Positions 45,560 through 55,420 of a stretch of 64,000 nucleotides of DNA are shown piece after piece. How positions within the stretch are numbered: position 1 is the stretch's first letter; each line of letters opens with the position of its first letter. The stretch lies in contig JBPRGF010000014.1 in NCBI GenBank assembly GCA_051418015.1, forward strand, positions 58,101 through 122,100. The letters are read 5' to 3'. The DNA is from Candidatus Nitrospinota bacterium M3_3B_026 (lineage in GTDB: Bacteria > Nitrospinota_A > UBA7883 > JBPRGF01). The notes below the pieces were generated by a model, which was not told the DNA's origin, did not search any database, and saw nothing but the letters and a program-made list of their open reading frames with translations. A program made the translations under genes and the position numbers.

Positions 45560-46805
45560 ATGACCTTGAGCCCCTGAGATACGACACCATCTGCCAGGCC
45601 GCGCCCGCCGCCGCGGCTGACGAGGCGAAAAGAAGCGCCAGCGTCCCGGCCGGGTGATCGGCCCACAAGCCGTCCACGGACACCGTTTTCCTCAAAAGCC
45701 GCGTTCCGGCCAGCCACAGGAAGGAGAGAGCCATCAAAAGCCCCCCAAGCCCGAAAAGCGCCGCGGGGACGGTTGTTTTCGCCTTCCTTCCCGTGAGTAG
45801 TCCGAGAAAGCTGGCCGACACGGCGATCAACAGGCCGTGGTAATGCCCCGTGAGGGCCATGGACTCCCGGTCGTCGAGGCTGGGCAGGAGGCCGCCCGCC
45901 ACAAACGAGACCATGGCGACCGCGACCAGCGCCAAGGCGCCAGACGGCCTGCCCCTCCCGGCAAAGATGACCACCGCGGCCAGGAAGGATGTTGTCCCCA
46001 GCCCGCCGCCGAGGACCAGCGTCCATGTCATCTTCAGCGTCTGCGACACGGGGTCCTCGAAGATGTAGATCAACGGGGTCGCCATGGCGGCGCAGGCCGC
46101 GGCGGCGTAAAGGAGGGCCAGGGCGGTTCTCTTGAGCCCTTCATCCCTGAAGCCTGAGAGCATGATCCACGCGCAGGTCATGAGCGTCACGTGGGTGAAC
46201 TGGATGGAGTGGCCGGGGCCGTAGGCGACCGTCCCCAGGGAACTGGCTCCGGCGAGGCTCCCCGGCGTGGCCAGCCATGCCAGCAGGGCGTTCACCGCGG
46301 TGGCCCAGGCGGCGGCGGAGGCGGCCATCATCCCCGCCAGGATGATGGGCGGAGCCGCTCCGTCCGGATCTTTCCCCAGAGCCGCCCATGCCCGAAAAGG
46401 GGTCAGCGAGGCGGCCAGCCACGCGGCGTAGACGGCGGCCATCCCGGCGGTAAACAAGGGTGACCCGAAGGCGGGCGCGTAGTCCACGGGCGCCGGCCTG
46501 TCCCACCCCGCCACCGTCCCCGCCAGGATCAGGACGCCGCCGCCCGCCGCCACGGGGCCCGTCCAGCGATATGATTTTACCCGTGTCCCGGCGATCCGCC
46601 CCGCCATGTTCCAGATGGTTATCTCGGCGGCCGGGATCCATACGTGAGACATCAGGGCGAGGTGGGCCGTGAGGGTGGAGTAAAACCAGTCCCTCGCCCC
46701 GAAGATGAGCGGATACAGGGAGGCGAGGCCGAAAAGGCCCGCCGCCGCCAGCCCTGAAAGCGCCGCGCCGAGGGCGGGTTTCGGGCCGTCTGGTTCATAG
46801 CGCAT
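45558..46805 (-). CDS. His-motif polytopic membrane protein, paralog B (convergent)
   Basis: 415 aa. Shares the HX5H ('TAHLALMSH'), 'GPGH199SIQF' and 'GH321YH323GL' motifs and helix pattern with paralog A. Confidence 0.7.
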   Translation of the reverse strand: MRYEPDGPKPALGAALSGLAAAGLFGLASLYPLIFGARDWFYSTLTAHLALMSHVWIPAAEITIWNMAGRIAGTRVKSYRWTGPVAAGGGVLILAGTVAGWDRPAPVDYAPAFGSPLFTAGMAAVYAAWLAASLTPFRAWAALGKDPDGAAPPIILAGMMAASAAAWATAVNALLAWLATPGSLAGASSLGTVAYGPGHSIQFTHVTLMTCAWIMLSGFRDEGLKRTALALLYAAAACAAMATPLIYIFEDPVSQTLKMTWTLVLGGGLGTTSFLAAVVIFAGRGRPSGALALVAVAMVSFVAGGLLPSLDDRESMALTGHYHGLLIAVSASFLGLLTGRKAKTTVPAALFGLGGLLMALSFLWLAGTRLLRKTVSVDGLWADHPAGTLALLFASSAAAAGAAWQMVSYLRGSRS

Positions 46806-46916
46806 GGGGCATTATACAATCCCGCGGCGCCATCCCCCCTTCTCCCGGGCGCCGGTTTCAAGTAAAATCACTCGGAGTCAGCTAACCTCTTCGTTTTGAT
46901 ATTAGCGCGCGGGACA

Positions 46917-48098
46917 ATGAAAACCATCGCCAGCCTGTTGAGCATGGAAATCGCGGGGATAACCATCTACCAGTTCATCCTGAGCTTTGCCATACTGTTG
47001 GCCACCCTTACCCTGCGCAGGGTGATAACCAGGGGGATCATGCGTTGGCTGGAGTCCCGCGCCGAGCGCACGAAGACGAAGTGGGACGAGACGCTGATCT
47101 CCTCCGTCCGTCCTCCCATCGAGGCGATGATCCTGGCTTACGGCATCCTGCTGGCCATAAAGGTGCTTCCGCAGCCCGAGGAGCCTGTGAACATAAAACG
47201 CTTCGTGGAGATGGCCGGCCACGTGCTCATCCTGTTCATCGGGGCGTGGCTGCTTCTGCGGATGGTCACCGTCGTGGACATCGTCCTAAAGAGAAAAGCC
47301 GCCGACCCGAGACACTGGCTGGAGTACGGCATGGTGCCGCTGATCAGCAAATCCATAAGGATAATGATCGCCATAGTCGCCGGGATAGTGATAGCCCAGA
47401 ACATGGGCTATTCCGTGAGCGGCCTCGTCGCCTCCCTGGGCCTGGGCGGCGCGGCGCTGGCGCTCGCCTCCAAGGACACGCTTTCTAACCTGTTCGGTTC
47501 CATGATGATCCTCGTGGACAAGCCCTTCAAGGTGGGGGACTGGATAGTGGGCGACGGATTCGAGGGGATAGTCGAGGAGGTCGGATTCCGCTCCACCAGG
47601 ATCAGGACGTTCGAGAAGACGGTGCAGAACATCCCAAACAACATCCTTGCGAACATGACGGTGGAGAACATCGACAGGAGAAGGGACGCCGGGCTCAACG
47701 TCCGCAGGATCAGCATGACCGTTGGTGTGACCTACGCCACCACCGCCGACCAGATGGAAGAGGCGGTGAAAGAAATAAAGGAGATATTAAAGACCGACGA
47801 GGGCGTAAGCGGCGACGCGCCATGCCTGGTCTCCTTCACGGACTTCGGCGACTCGTCGCTGAACATTTTCGTCTACTACTTCGCCAACAAGGCCGACTGG
47901 GCCTACTATCTGAAAGTGCGGCAGAGGGTGAACCTGAAGATCATGAGGAAACTGAAGGAGCTGGGGCTTTCCGTGGCGTTCCCCTCCAGGTCGATATACC
48001 TCGAGGCCCTGCCTGGCGGCATGGAGCGGGTTCACATACCCTTGCCCCCGCCGTACACCGCGCCGGCGGACAAGCCGCCCCCGCCGACGAAGGCTTGA
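46917..48098 (+). CDS. Mechanosensitive channel (MscS family), second copy
   Basis: TM helices, then 'LVDKPFKVGDWIV..GFEGIVEEVGFRSTRIRT'. ATG 46917 chosen; TTG 46896 is an alternative. Confidence 0.82.
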   Translation: MKTIASLLSMEIAGITIYQFILSFAILLATLTLRRVITRGIMRWLESRAERTKTKWDETLISSVRPPIEAMILAYGILLAIKVLPQPEEPVNIKRFVEMAGHVLILFIGAWLLLRMVTVVDIVLKRKAADPRHWLEYGMVPLISKSIRIMIAIVAGIVIAQNMGYSVSGLVASLGLGGAALALASKDTLSNLFGSMMILVDKPFKVGDWIVGDGFEGIVEEVGFRSTRIRTFEKTVQNIPNNILANMTVENIDRRRDAGLNVRRISMTVGVTYATTADQMEEAVKEIKEILKTDEGVSGDAPCLVSFTDFGDSSLNIFVYYFANKADWAYYLKVRQRVNLKIMRKLKELGLSVAFPSRSIYLEALPGGMERVHIPLPPPYTAPADKPPPPTKA

Positions 48099-48101
48099 GG
48101 C

Positions 48102-49949
48102 TTATCTTCCGCCTATCCCATAAAACGCCCACAGGCCGATGACGGTCACGATGATAAATACAACCGTCATCCCTCCTCCCGCCTTTATGTAGTCCATGGT
48201 ACGGTATCTGCCCGGGCCCATCAGCAGGGCGTTGACCTGGTGCGTGGGCAGTATGAAGGAGTTCGACGTGGCAAGGCCCACCACAAGCGCCGCCATTCGG
48301 GGATCCGTCCCCGTTTCCTCGGCCATGCTTATGACCAGGGGAACCAGCAGGACGGTGGCTCCGACGTTTGATATCACCAGCGTGAAGACCGTTGTCAAAA
48401 CCGCGATGACCGTGAGCAGGGCCAGCGGCGAGATGTCCCCCATGACGGCCAGGGCGTTGTGGGCTATGTAGGCCGCCGCCCCGCTCTTCTCCGTGGCTAT
48501 CCCCAGGGGGATGAGGCCTGCGAGCAGGAAAACCGTCCGCCAGTCGACGGCCTCGTATGCCTCGTCGATGGACAGGACGCTGGTGAGGACCATCAGCAAC
48601 GCCCCCGTCATGAGGCACACGGAAAGGGATATGGGAAGGCCGAGAATATCCTTGAAAATTACCAGGGTAATGGCCACGGAGAAGCTGATGAAGGCCGGTT
48701 TCGCCTTGCTCAGGCGGAACTCCTCGTATTCCACGGGGACGGAAAAGAGAAGGTCCGGCGAGTCCTTGAGCTTTGCGAAGGAGCGCCAGGAGCCGTGCAA
48801 AAGCAACGCGTCGCCCGGCAGGAGGGGTATGTCGGCGATGCCGGCCATGAACACTTTCCCTTCCCTGTAGAGCGCCACCGGCGTTATGTCATACTCGCTC
48901 CTGAAACGGTAGTGCCGCAGGGTCGTCCCCACCAGCTCCGAGCGCGGCGACACGATCGCCTCCACCAGCCCCGCCCTGGCGGCGGACATCTCCTCGGCGA
49001 AGACCTCCAGCTCCTGTTTCACCTGGAAATCGTAGCTTTCGGCCAGTTTCCTGACGTTGTTCTCGTGGCCGATCACGGCCAGGGTGTCGTTCGAGTAGAC
49101 CCTGTGGCTGCGGAGCGGCGACAGGGCCTTCTGGGTCACGCCAGCCTGGGCTATGGCCACGACCGTCACGATAAAGGACCGGCGGATCTGGAGCTCCTCC
49201 AGCGTTCTGCCGGAATAGCGGAAATCCGGCGGGGCGACAAGCTCGTAGACCTTGCCGCTGGCGCCGTACAGGTCGAGTATCTTCAGGGCGCCGCCGATAT
49301 CCACGCCCGCGGCGTCCGCCCGGACGGGCAGGATGAGCTTGCCGAAAACGAGGAAGTAGACGATGCCAGAGGCGACGAGCATAAGGCCTATGGGGGTGAC
49401 GGAAAAGAGGCCGAAAGGCTCGAGGTCCGCGTATTCAAGCAGGTCGTTCAAAAGTATCAACGGACTCGAGGCGACCAGGGTGACGGTCCCGCCAAGGATG
49501 GCGCAAAAGCCCATGGGCATGAGAATCCGCGACAGGGGTATGTTGAGCTGCTTGCTGACCCGCATGGAGGCGGGCAGAAAGAGGGCCGCCGCGCCGATGT
49601 TCTGCATGAAGCTCGATATTAGGGCCACCGTTCCGCATATGGCCGTCAAAAGGTGGGAGTAACCTTTCTTCCCGAACCTTATTATAGGCGCCGCCACCTG
49701 GTTCATTATCCCCGTCCTGTCCAGGCCCGCCCCGATTATTACCACCGCGATGATGGCGACCACCGCGTTCGAGGAAAGGCCCGAGAAGGCTTCCTTGGGG
49801 GTGACAAGGCCGAGCAGTGGAAGGCTGACCATCATTATTATGGCCACCACGTCCACCCGGACCAACTCCGTGATGAACAAAGCGACGGCGGCCGCGAGGA
49901 CGCCGAGGACCATCAATATCTCTATCGTGAGGACGGGGTCTGTCTCCAT
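48102..49949 (-). CDS. SLC13/DASS-family anion permease with two central TrkA-C domains
   Basis: 615 aa. Two hydrophobic halves separated by about 200 aa with TrkA-C-like 'LVG.TLR' and 'LLPGD.L.L.G' motifs. Confidence 0.8.
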   Translation of the reverse strand: METDPVLTIEILMVLGVLAAAVALFITELVRVDVVAIIMMVSLPLLGLVTPKEAFSGLSSNAVVAIIAVVIIGAGLDRTGIMNQVAAPIIRFGKKGYSHLLTAICGTVALISSFMQNIGAAALFLPASMRVSKQLNIPLSRILMPMGFCAILGGTVTLVASSPLILLNDLLEYADLEPFGLFSVTPIGLMLVASGIVYFLVFGKLILPVRADAAGVDIGGALKILDLYGASGKVYELVAPPDFRYSGRTLEELQIRRSFIVTVVAIAQAGVTQKALSPLRSHRVYSNDTLAVIGHENNVRKLAESYDFQVKQELEVFAEEMSAARAGLVEAIVSPRSELVGTTLRHYRFRSEYDITPVALYREGKVFMAGIADIPLLPGDALLLHGSWRSFAKLKDSPDLLFSVPVEYEEFRLSKAKPAFISFSVAITLVIFKDILGLPISLSVCLMTGALLMVLTSVLSIDEAYEAVDWRTVFLLAGLIPLGIATEKSGAAAYIAHNALAVMGDISPLALLTVIAVLTTVFTLVISNVGATVLLVPLVISMAEETGTDPRMAALVVGLATSNSFILPTHQVNALLMGPGRYRTMDYIKAGGGMTVVFIIVTVIGLWAFYGIGGR

Positions 49950-49954
49950 CGGTG

Positions 49955-50443
49955 TCAGTATTCGTTGGCGGCGAGGCAGAAGGCCGGGATCGACCTCGGC
50001 CCCTCCTCCGCCTCGTTTACGAACTCCGGCTCCATGAGGACGAGGTCTATATCCCCTCGCTCTTTGTATACCCGGTGGACGACGCTGTCCAAGTCACCGA
50101 TCATCGTCGCGCTCTCGAACCCGACGCCTCGCTCCCGCGCCATGCTCTCGAACTCCGCCACGGCGGCCTTCGCGTCCTCTTTCAACTCGTTTTCTTTTTG
50201 TTTTATCTCATCGGGGCCGAGCCCGCGAAGCCTCGTCCGGGGCAGGAAACGATAGTTCAAGGCGACGATGGAGTATCCCATCCTCATGGCCATGTCCAGG
50301 GCGTAGATTTTCAGCATGTCCGAAAAGCCCGCGTCGTCTCCGATCACAAGGAGCTTGTCATAAAAACCGGCCCCCCCTATGGTCTGTGCCCGCCCCTCGG
50401 TCTTTTTCGGCATGATTTCGGCCTTGTCTTGCTGTTTCCCCAC
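49955..50443 (-). CDS. Universal stress protein (UspA family)
   Basis: 'KLLVIGDDAGFSD', 'DLVLM' and a USP-like C-terminal ATP-binding region. Start uncertain (50443 or 50413). Confidence 0.72.
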   Translation of the reverse strand: MGKQQDKAEIMPKKTEGRAQTIGGAGFYDKLLVIGDDAGFSDMLKIYALDMAMRMGYSIVALNYRFLPRTRLRGLGPDEIKQKENELKEDAKAAVAEFESMARERGVGFESATMIGDLDSVVHRVYKERGDIDLVLMEPEFVNEAEEGPRSIPAFCLAANEY

Positions 50444-50574
50444 GGAATAAAATGCCGCCCTTCACCGGCCGCGGCGCGCAAAACACCCCAGGAGCCCTGA
50501 AAGCTCGCTCCCATCTTAGATAAACCGCCTCTGGAAAAGATTCACCAGGCTTGTTTTTACAGGTGCCGCCGCCC

Positions 50575-51219
50575 TCAGCCCATGGGGGAGACGCAGTAGT
50601 CGTAAAAACTTTGTATGGCCTCGAGGCTTTTCCTGTCCTCCGTCTCAAACTCCACCCCAACGAGGCGAAGGCTTCTCGGCTCCCGTATGTTCCGCGCCAG
50701 GCACCCCAGCCGCTCCACCGCCGCTCCACCGGGCAGCTTAAGCGATATCCATACGGTCTCCCCCACCTCCGGTAGAAAGTCCCCCTCGAAGGATAAAAGC
50801 GCCCCCTCCCGCGAAAGGTCCATCATGGCCCCCCCCTCGGGCTCCGTCTCCTCCTCGAACGCTATCTTGATGGGGATGAAGGTTTTGATCCTCTCGCTCC
50901 GGCGAAGGTTGCGCTCCTCCACGGCCTTCGGGAAATCCACGACCAGTATCTGGCTGGGGGCGAGGTACTCGTGGTTCACGATGGCGCGGAACCCGAACAT
51001 GACCCCCTGGTGGATGTACCTTATGAGGACCGTTTTGCCCTTGGGCAGCGAGATGAGCCTGCCGTCTTTTTTCGGCATGTCCAGCAACACCCACCGGGGA
51101 GGGACAATGCCGCGGATGACGGTGGAATATTTCTTGTTCTCCACCTGTATCTGCGCCCCCTCGCCTATGGGAATGGCGGCGCCTTCGGCGGCGGCCGGCC
51201 TCGGCTCCGTCTCCCTCAT
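50575..51219 (-). CDS. YcgR-like PilZ-domain c-di-GMP receptor (paralog 1)
   Basis: YcgR-N-like N-terminal beta-domain. PilZ motifs 'RRSERI' and 'DLSREGALL'. Confidence 0.7.
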   Translation of the reverse strand: MRETEPRPAAAEGAAIPIGEGAQIQVENKKYSTVIRGIVPPRWVLLDMPKKDGRLISLPKGKTVLIRYIHQGVMFGFRAIVNHEYLAPSQILVVDFPKAVEERNLRRSERIKTFIPIKIAFEEETEPEGGAMMDLSREGALLSFEGDFLPEVGETVWISLKLPGGAAVERLGCLARNIREPRSLRLVGVEFETEDRKSLEAIQSFYDYCVSPMG

Positions 51220-51827
51220 GGCGAAGCCTCCATCCTGGCGGCGGCCATCTCCAGGAATTCAGACAACGTTCTCTCGTTGTCGTCCCCAAGGGAAACAAAG
51301 TCCAGTCCCAGTTCGTAACCTTCCTGTATTCTGGCGATCCTTCTCACCACCGCCTGCGCGTTGTCCACCTCGCCCCCCTCGCCGGGGGTGAAGGTCAAAA
51401 AAAGCGTTTCGTTCACCGCGGCGGGGCGGGGGCTTATGATACGGGCGCCGTTGTGGCTGATGTCGCGGATGACCCCGCGCCACTCCTCGAGCTCGTGGCC
51501 GGCCAGTATCTGCAGTATCTCGACGGGAATGGAGACGGGGACCCTCTCGCTTCTGCGCTCGGAGTTGCGCTCCACACGCTCCGGATAGGCAAGGAGAGCC
51601 AGGCTGTGATTGTAGAGAAACTGGAGCAGGGTCGTAACGAACCCGAAAGGCTCGCCTCCCATGAAGAAACGGGCGACCATTTCGTCGCCGGTCTTGAGGC
51701 TCGCGCCGGGTTCTGTGGTGTAGTCCATGTCGATGAGGATATAGCCGCCCTTTCGCCAGCCTCTCACGCGGCTTTTGAACCGGCCATTCTCACCTTCCAT
51801 CTGTATTTCCTGACCAGCGATGAACAT
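51216..51827 (-). CDS. YcgR-like PilZ-domain c-di-GMP receptor (paralog 2)
   Basis: PilZ motifs 'RRSERV' and 'DISHNGARI'. ATGA overlap with the downstream paralog. Confidence 0.7.
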   Translation of the reverse strand: MFIAGQEIQMEGENGRFKSRVRGWRKGGYILIDMDYTTEPGASLKTGDEMVARFFMGGEPFGFVTTLLQFLYNHSLALLAYPERVERNSERRSERVPVSIPVEILQILAGHELEEWRGVIRDISHNGARIISPRPAAVNETLFLTFTPGEGGEVDNAQAVVRRIARIQEGYELGLDFVSLGDDNERTLSEFLEMAAARMEASP

Positions 51828-51891
51828 GGCTCTCCGCGTGACATTGTTTACACAATATTACAACAAAGCGCGGCGGAGGCGCCCGGACTTA

Positions 51892-51907
51892 TGGCCGGGT
51901 ACTTGCC
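51892..51907 (+). promoter_or_regulatory. Candidate sigma-54 promoter TGGCCG-N5-TTGCC (-24 GG / -12 GC)
   Basis: GG at 51893-51894 and GC at 51905-51906 with the exact 10-nt spacing. 125 nt upstream of the histidine-kinase start. Confidence 0.35.
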
Positions 51908-52030
51908 GCCCGGCTGCGAAAAGGTGGATATCCCAGGTTGCCCCCCCCTAATTCATATATAATTCATAGAACATGTCGGCTGAAAGCTGACCGTTTCTCC
52001 ACTCGGGGGGAGAGGAAGGAAACGCCCGTC

Positions 52031-53425
52031 ATGGATAAGCATTCGTCACCAGATCCTTTCGCGCTGTCTCTGCGTCACCTTGTGGCCGTCCTGTCGGTGA
52101 TATTCGCCGGAGAGGCCGTCATAATGAGCCTGATCCACCAGTTCCTGCCTGAGGATTATTTCACCATCCCCATCGCGTTTCTCGACGCCCTATTTCTCTT
52201 TCTGATAGCATTTCCGCTAATCTATTTCTTCTATCACAGGCCGCTTGCGGCCGCCTACGGCGAGTTGCTCCGCGCCGAGGAGAAAAGACAGCTCCTCCTG
52301 GACGGCTCCCCCATGGGAATATACGAGATCGGTCTCGACGGCAGGCTCGTCTTCGCCAACCGGACTTGCGTGAGATTGCTGGGATACAGGGACCGCGATG
52401 AGCTGACGGGCGGGAACGCTCACAAGCTTTTCCACTACAAGTGCGCAGACGGAACACCCTACCCAGTGGAGGAGTGCGAGGTCCACAAGGCCCACAAGGA
52501 AGACGCGGGTACGCACGTTGAGACCGATGTTCTGTGGCGGGCCGACGGAGAAAGCTTCCCCGTCGAATACTGGTCCAACCCGCTCGTCAGCGATGGCCGG
52601 GTCACGGGCTCCATCGTGACGTTCATCGACGTCACGGAGCGAAGAGAAACCGAGGAGCGCCTCCGGAAAACGAGCGCCCAGCTGATCCGCTCCGAGAAGC
52701 TGGCCTCCCTGGGCGAGCTTTCCGCCGGGGTGGCCCACGAACTCAAAAATCCCCTCAACATAGTATCCACCTCCACCCAGCTTCTGATGATGGACGAGGG
52801 CGTCCCCGCCGAGGTCATGGACCAGTACAAGATAATCATGGAGCAGGTGGGGCGATCCGTGAAGATCATAGAGAACCTGCGCGACTTCGGCAGGGAGAGA
52901 AAACCGGAGGTGAGTCAGATCGATCTCCACGAGTTTTTGAACAAGACACTGGCCCTGGTGGAGTACGAGATGAAGGTGGAGAACATAGACATTGTCCGAA
53001 GCTTCGCCGCGGCTCCGCTGACCGTGGAGGGCGACCCGGACCAACTGGCCCAGGTCTTCCTTAACATAATCAACAATGCCCGCGAGAGCATGAACGAAAA
53101 ACAGAAGACCGGCGGACCGGCGGCGCTGCGGCTGGCCGGGTGGAAAGGGCTGCTGGAGGTGGGGACCCGCGTCGAGGACGGCCTTGCCCGCGTCTCTATC
53201 AAGGACACCGGAACGGGCGTCCCAGCCGCCATGCTGGAGAAGGTGTTCGACCCGTTTTTCACGACGAAGGGGGAGAAGGGGACAGGGCTCGGCCTTTCCA
53301 TAGCCTTCGGCATCGTCGAGAACCACGGCGGGAGGATAGAGGTCGCAAGCGAGGAGGGCGGAGGCACTGAGTTCAGGGTGTTCCTGCCGCTGGCGCCGCG
53401 GGACGGGGAAATGACGGCGTCTTGA
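52031..53425 (+). CDS. Membrane-anchored PAS sensor histidine kinase
   Basis: Two N-terminal TM helices, a PAS region with a Cys/His-rich insert, the H-box 'LSAGVAHELKNPL', the N-box 'NIINNARES', G1 'IKDTGTGV' and G2 'GTGLGLSI'. Confidence 0.85.
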   Translation: MDKHSSPDPFALSLRHLVAVLSVIFAGEAVIMSLIHQFLPEDYFTIPIAFLDALFLFLIAFPLIYFFYHRPLAAAYGELLRAEEKRQLLLDGSPMGIYEIGLDGRLVFANRTCVRLLGYRDRDELTGGNAHKLFHYKCADGTPYPVEECEVHKAHKEDAGTHVETDVLWRADGESFPVEYWSNPLVSDGRVTGSIVTFIDVTERRETEERLRKTSAQLIRSEKLASLGELSAGVAHELKNPLNIVSTSTQLLMMDEGVPAEVMDQYKIIMEQVGRSVKIIENLRDFGRERKPEVSQIDLHEFLNKTLALVEYEMKVENIDIVRSFAAAPLTVEGDPDQLAQVFLNIINNARESMNEKQKTGGPAALRLAGWKGLLEVGTRVEDGLARVSIKDTGTGVPAAMLEKVFDPFFTTKGEKGTGLGLSIAFGIVENHGGRIEVASEEGGGTEFRVFLPLAPRDGEMTAS

Positions 53426-53481
53426 GACGGCGTTGGTGGCATTATTATTAGAGCCGCGTTGACACATTTTGCGGGTGGGCA

Positions 53482-54450
53482 ATGGACCGATTCGACCGTA
53501 TTTACGCTCTGCACAACATCCTTGGCGCCTCGCGCTATCCCGTGTCGCGCAAAAATATCCAGGAGCGGCTCGAGTGCTCCCGCGCCACCTTCACGAGGCT
53601 CGTGGAGGACATGCGGGATTTTCTGGGCGCGCCCATAGAATATGACCGGAGGCTCAACGGCTATCACTACGCCGAGACGGACGAGGGGCCGTATGAGCTT
53701 CCCGGCCTATGGTTCAACGCCTCGGAGCTCCACGCCCTCTTGACTTGCCAGGAGCTTTTGTCCAGCGTTCAGCCCGGCCTGTTGGACGGCCACATCGCCC
53801 CGCTCAAGAAGAGGATCGGCCAGATCATGAGATCCACCGGGCTGGATCACGGCGGCGTCGGCGGCAGGATCAGGATACTGAGGATCGGCGGCCGCGCGCC
53901 GGATGAGCGGATATTCAAGACCGCCGCCGACGCGACGATCCAGCGGCGGCGGCTGCTCATCGAGTATCGCGGCAGAGAGCGGGACGAGACCACCGAAAGG
54001 GAGATATCCCCCCAGCGGCTGGCTTATTACAGGGACAATTGGTACCTGGACGCCTGGTGCCACATGAGGCGCGCCCTGCGGAGCTTCTCCGTGGACAGGA
54101 TCAGAAAAGCCGGCGCCACCTCCCGCAAGGCGAAGGAGATCAGCGGGAAAAAGCTCGACTCCTATTTCGCCGGGTCCTACGGCATATTCGCCGGGAAACC
54201 GAAACACCGGGCCGTGCTCAGGTTCAGCCGGAACGTGGCGCCATGGGTTTCGCGGGAGGTATGGTTCCCTGGCCAGGAGGGAAGGCTCGACGGCGGCGAG
54301 TATGAATTGAAAATACCATACGCCGACCCGCGGGAGCTGATCCTGGATATACTGCGCTACGGCCCGGACGTTGAGGTGATAGCCCCGGCGTCCCTCCGCC
54401 GCGCCGTCCGGGAAAGACTCCGCGCCGCCGCCCGCCAGCACGAGGTGTAG
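53482..54450 (+). CDS. HTH-WYL-domain transcriptional regulator (YafY-like)
   Basis: N-terminal wHTH 'SRYPVSRKNIQERLECSRATFTRLVEDM'. Central 'RDNWYLDAWCH' WYL motif. WCX-like C-terminal domain. Confidence 0.75.
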   Translation: MDRFDRIYALHNILGASRYPVSRKNIQERLECSRATFTRLVEDMRDFLGAPIEYDRRLNGYHYAETDEGPYELPGLWFNASELHALLTCQELLSSVQPGLLDGHIAPLKKRIGQIMRSTGLDHGGVGGRIRILRIGGRAPDERIFKTAADATIQRRRLLIEYRGRERDETTEREISPQRLAYYRDNWYLDAWCHMRRALRSFSVDRIRKAGATSRKAKEISGKKLDSYFAGSYGIFAGKPKHRAVLRFSRNVAPWVSREVWFPGQEGRLDGGEYELKIPYADPRELILDILRYGPDVEVIAPASLRRAVRERLRAAARQHEV

Positions 54451-54589
54451 GGCGCCGTTTCGCCCCGCCGCGAAAATTTTTTCCACTGCCTCACGGATTG
54501 AGGCGCCCCCTGTCGTAATCTGCCATGCGTGGAGGCCCGGCGGTGCTCCGGGCGAGGTGGTGGATTGCTTGACAGAGGAGGTCTGGATT

Positions 54590-55231
54590 ATGAAAAGCTG
54601 GAAACTTTTCGGGCGAAAGATTCGTGTGAGGGTTGTGACGCTGTTTTTCATCGGCGCCGCTGTCGCGCTTTCCGGCGCGGGAGCCGCGTCGGCGCAGGAG
54701 ACGCCCAGGGGGAACGTGAACGTCCTGCTGGGGCAGAGAAACCTGAGCAGCGACTGGGACCCCGTGGATAAACAGACGACGTTCGCCGTGGAGGTGGACT
54801 TCGCCTCCGCGGACTGGCCCGTGAACGTCATCTTCGGCATGGCCGGATCAGTGGCCGAAGAGGATACAACCGTCACCGTAACTGATGGATGGCGCCTTTA
54901 TGACGTAAACGTGACCCTTGAGGGGAAGACGTCGGAGATATACGGCGGCGGGCGCAAATACTTCGACACCGGCTCGCCAATGGCGCCATACATCGGAGCC
55001 GGCCTGTCTTTCATAAAGGCCGAGCTTTCCGCTTCGGCGGGAGGATACAAGGTTTCCCTGGACGACACCTCCGCGGGCCTTTTTATCGACGGCGGCCTGG
55101 TTTACAGGGTCGGTTCGTTCAACATCGGCCTCGATCTGCGCCTGCTGACAGGGACATCGATGGAAGCGGCTGGCTACTCCACGGACGCCAACTATACCCA
55201 GGCCGCGCTGGTCATAGGGTACGGGTGGTAA
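54590..55231 (+). CDS. Small outer-membrane beta-barrel protein (OmpW/OmpA-barrel-like)
   Basis: Signal peptide 'VVTLFFIGAAVALSGAGAASA'. Alternating amphipathic strands. C-terminal 'LVIGYGW' aromatic terminus. Confidence 0.65.
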   Translation: MKSWKLFGRKIRVRVVTLFFIGAAVALSGAGAASAQETPRGNVNVLLGQRNLSSDWDPVDKQTTFAVEVDFASADWPVNVIFGMAGSVAEEDTTVTVTDGWRLYDVNVTLEGKTSEIYGGGRKYFDTGSPMAPYIGAGLSFIKAELSASAGGYKVSLDDTSAGLFIDGGLVYRVGSFNIGLDLRLLTGTSMEAAGYSTDANYTQAALVIGYGW

Positions 55232-55420
55232 GCCTGCCCCTCCCCATGGACGGGGAGGGCTGTTAAATTCGCGCCGCGCCCCCGGATTAGATGGGCTATG
55301 GGTGTCTTTTTTTCAATGGCGCAGACTGCGCCTCAAGCTTCGGACGGCGTTTTTTTCATCCGGGCGGAAAGGCTTGCTGAACCGCCGCGCGTAAGTATAT
55401 GATGAATTACGTTGAGGTAT

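Noticed and set aside
53458-53463. Perfect TTGACA hexamer before the WYL regulator gene
   Set aside because: It lies only 18 nt from the ATG with no -10 element at the correct spacing, so it cannot be called a promoter.
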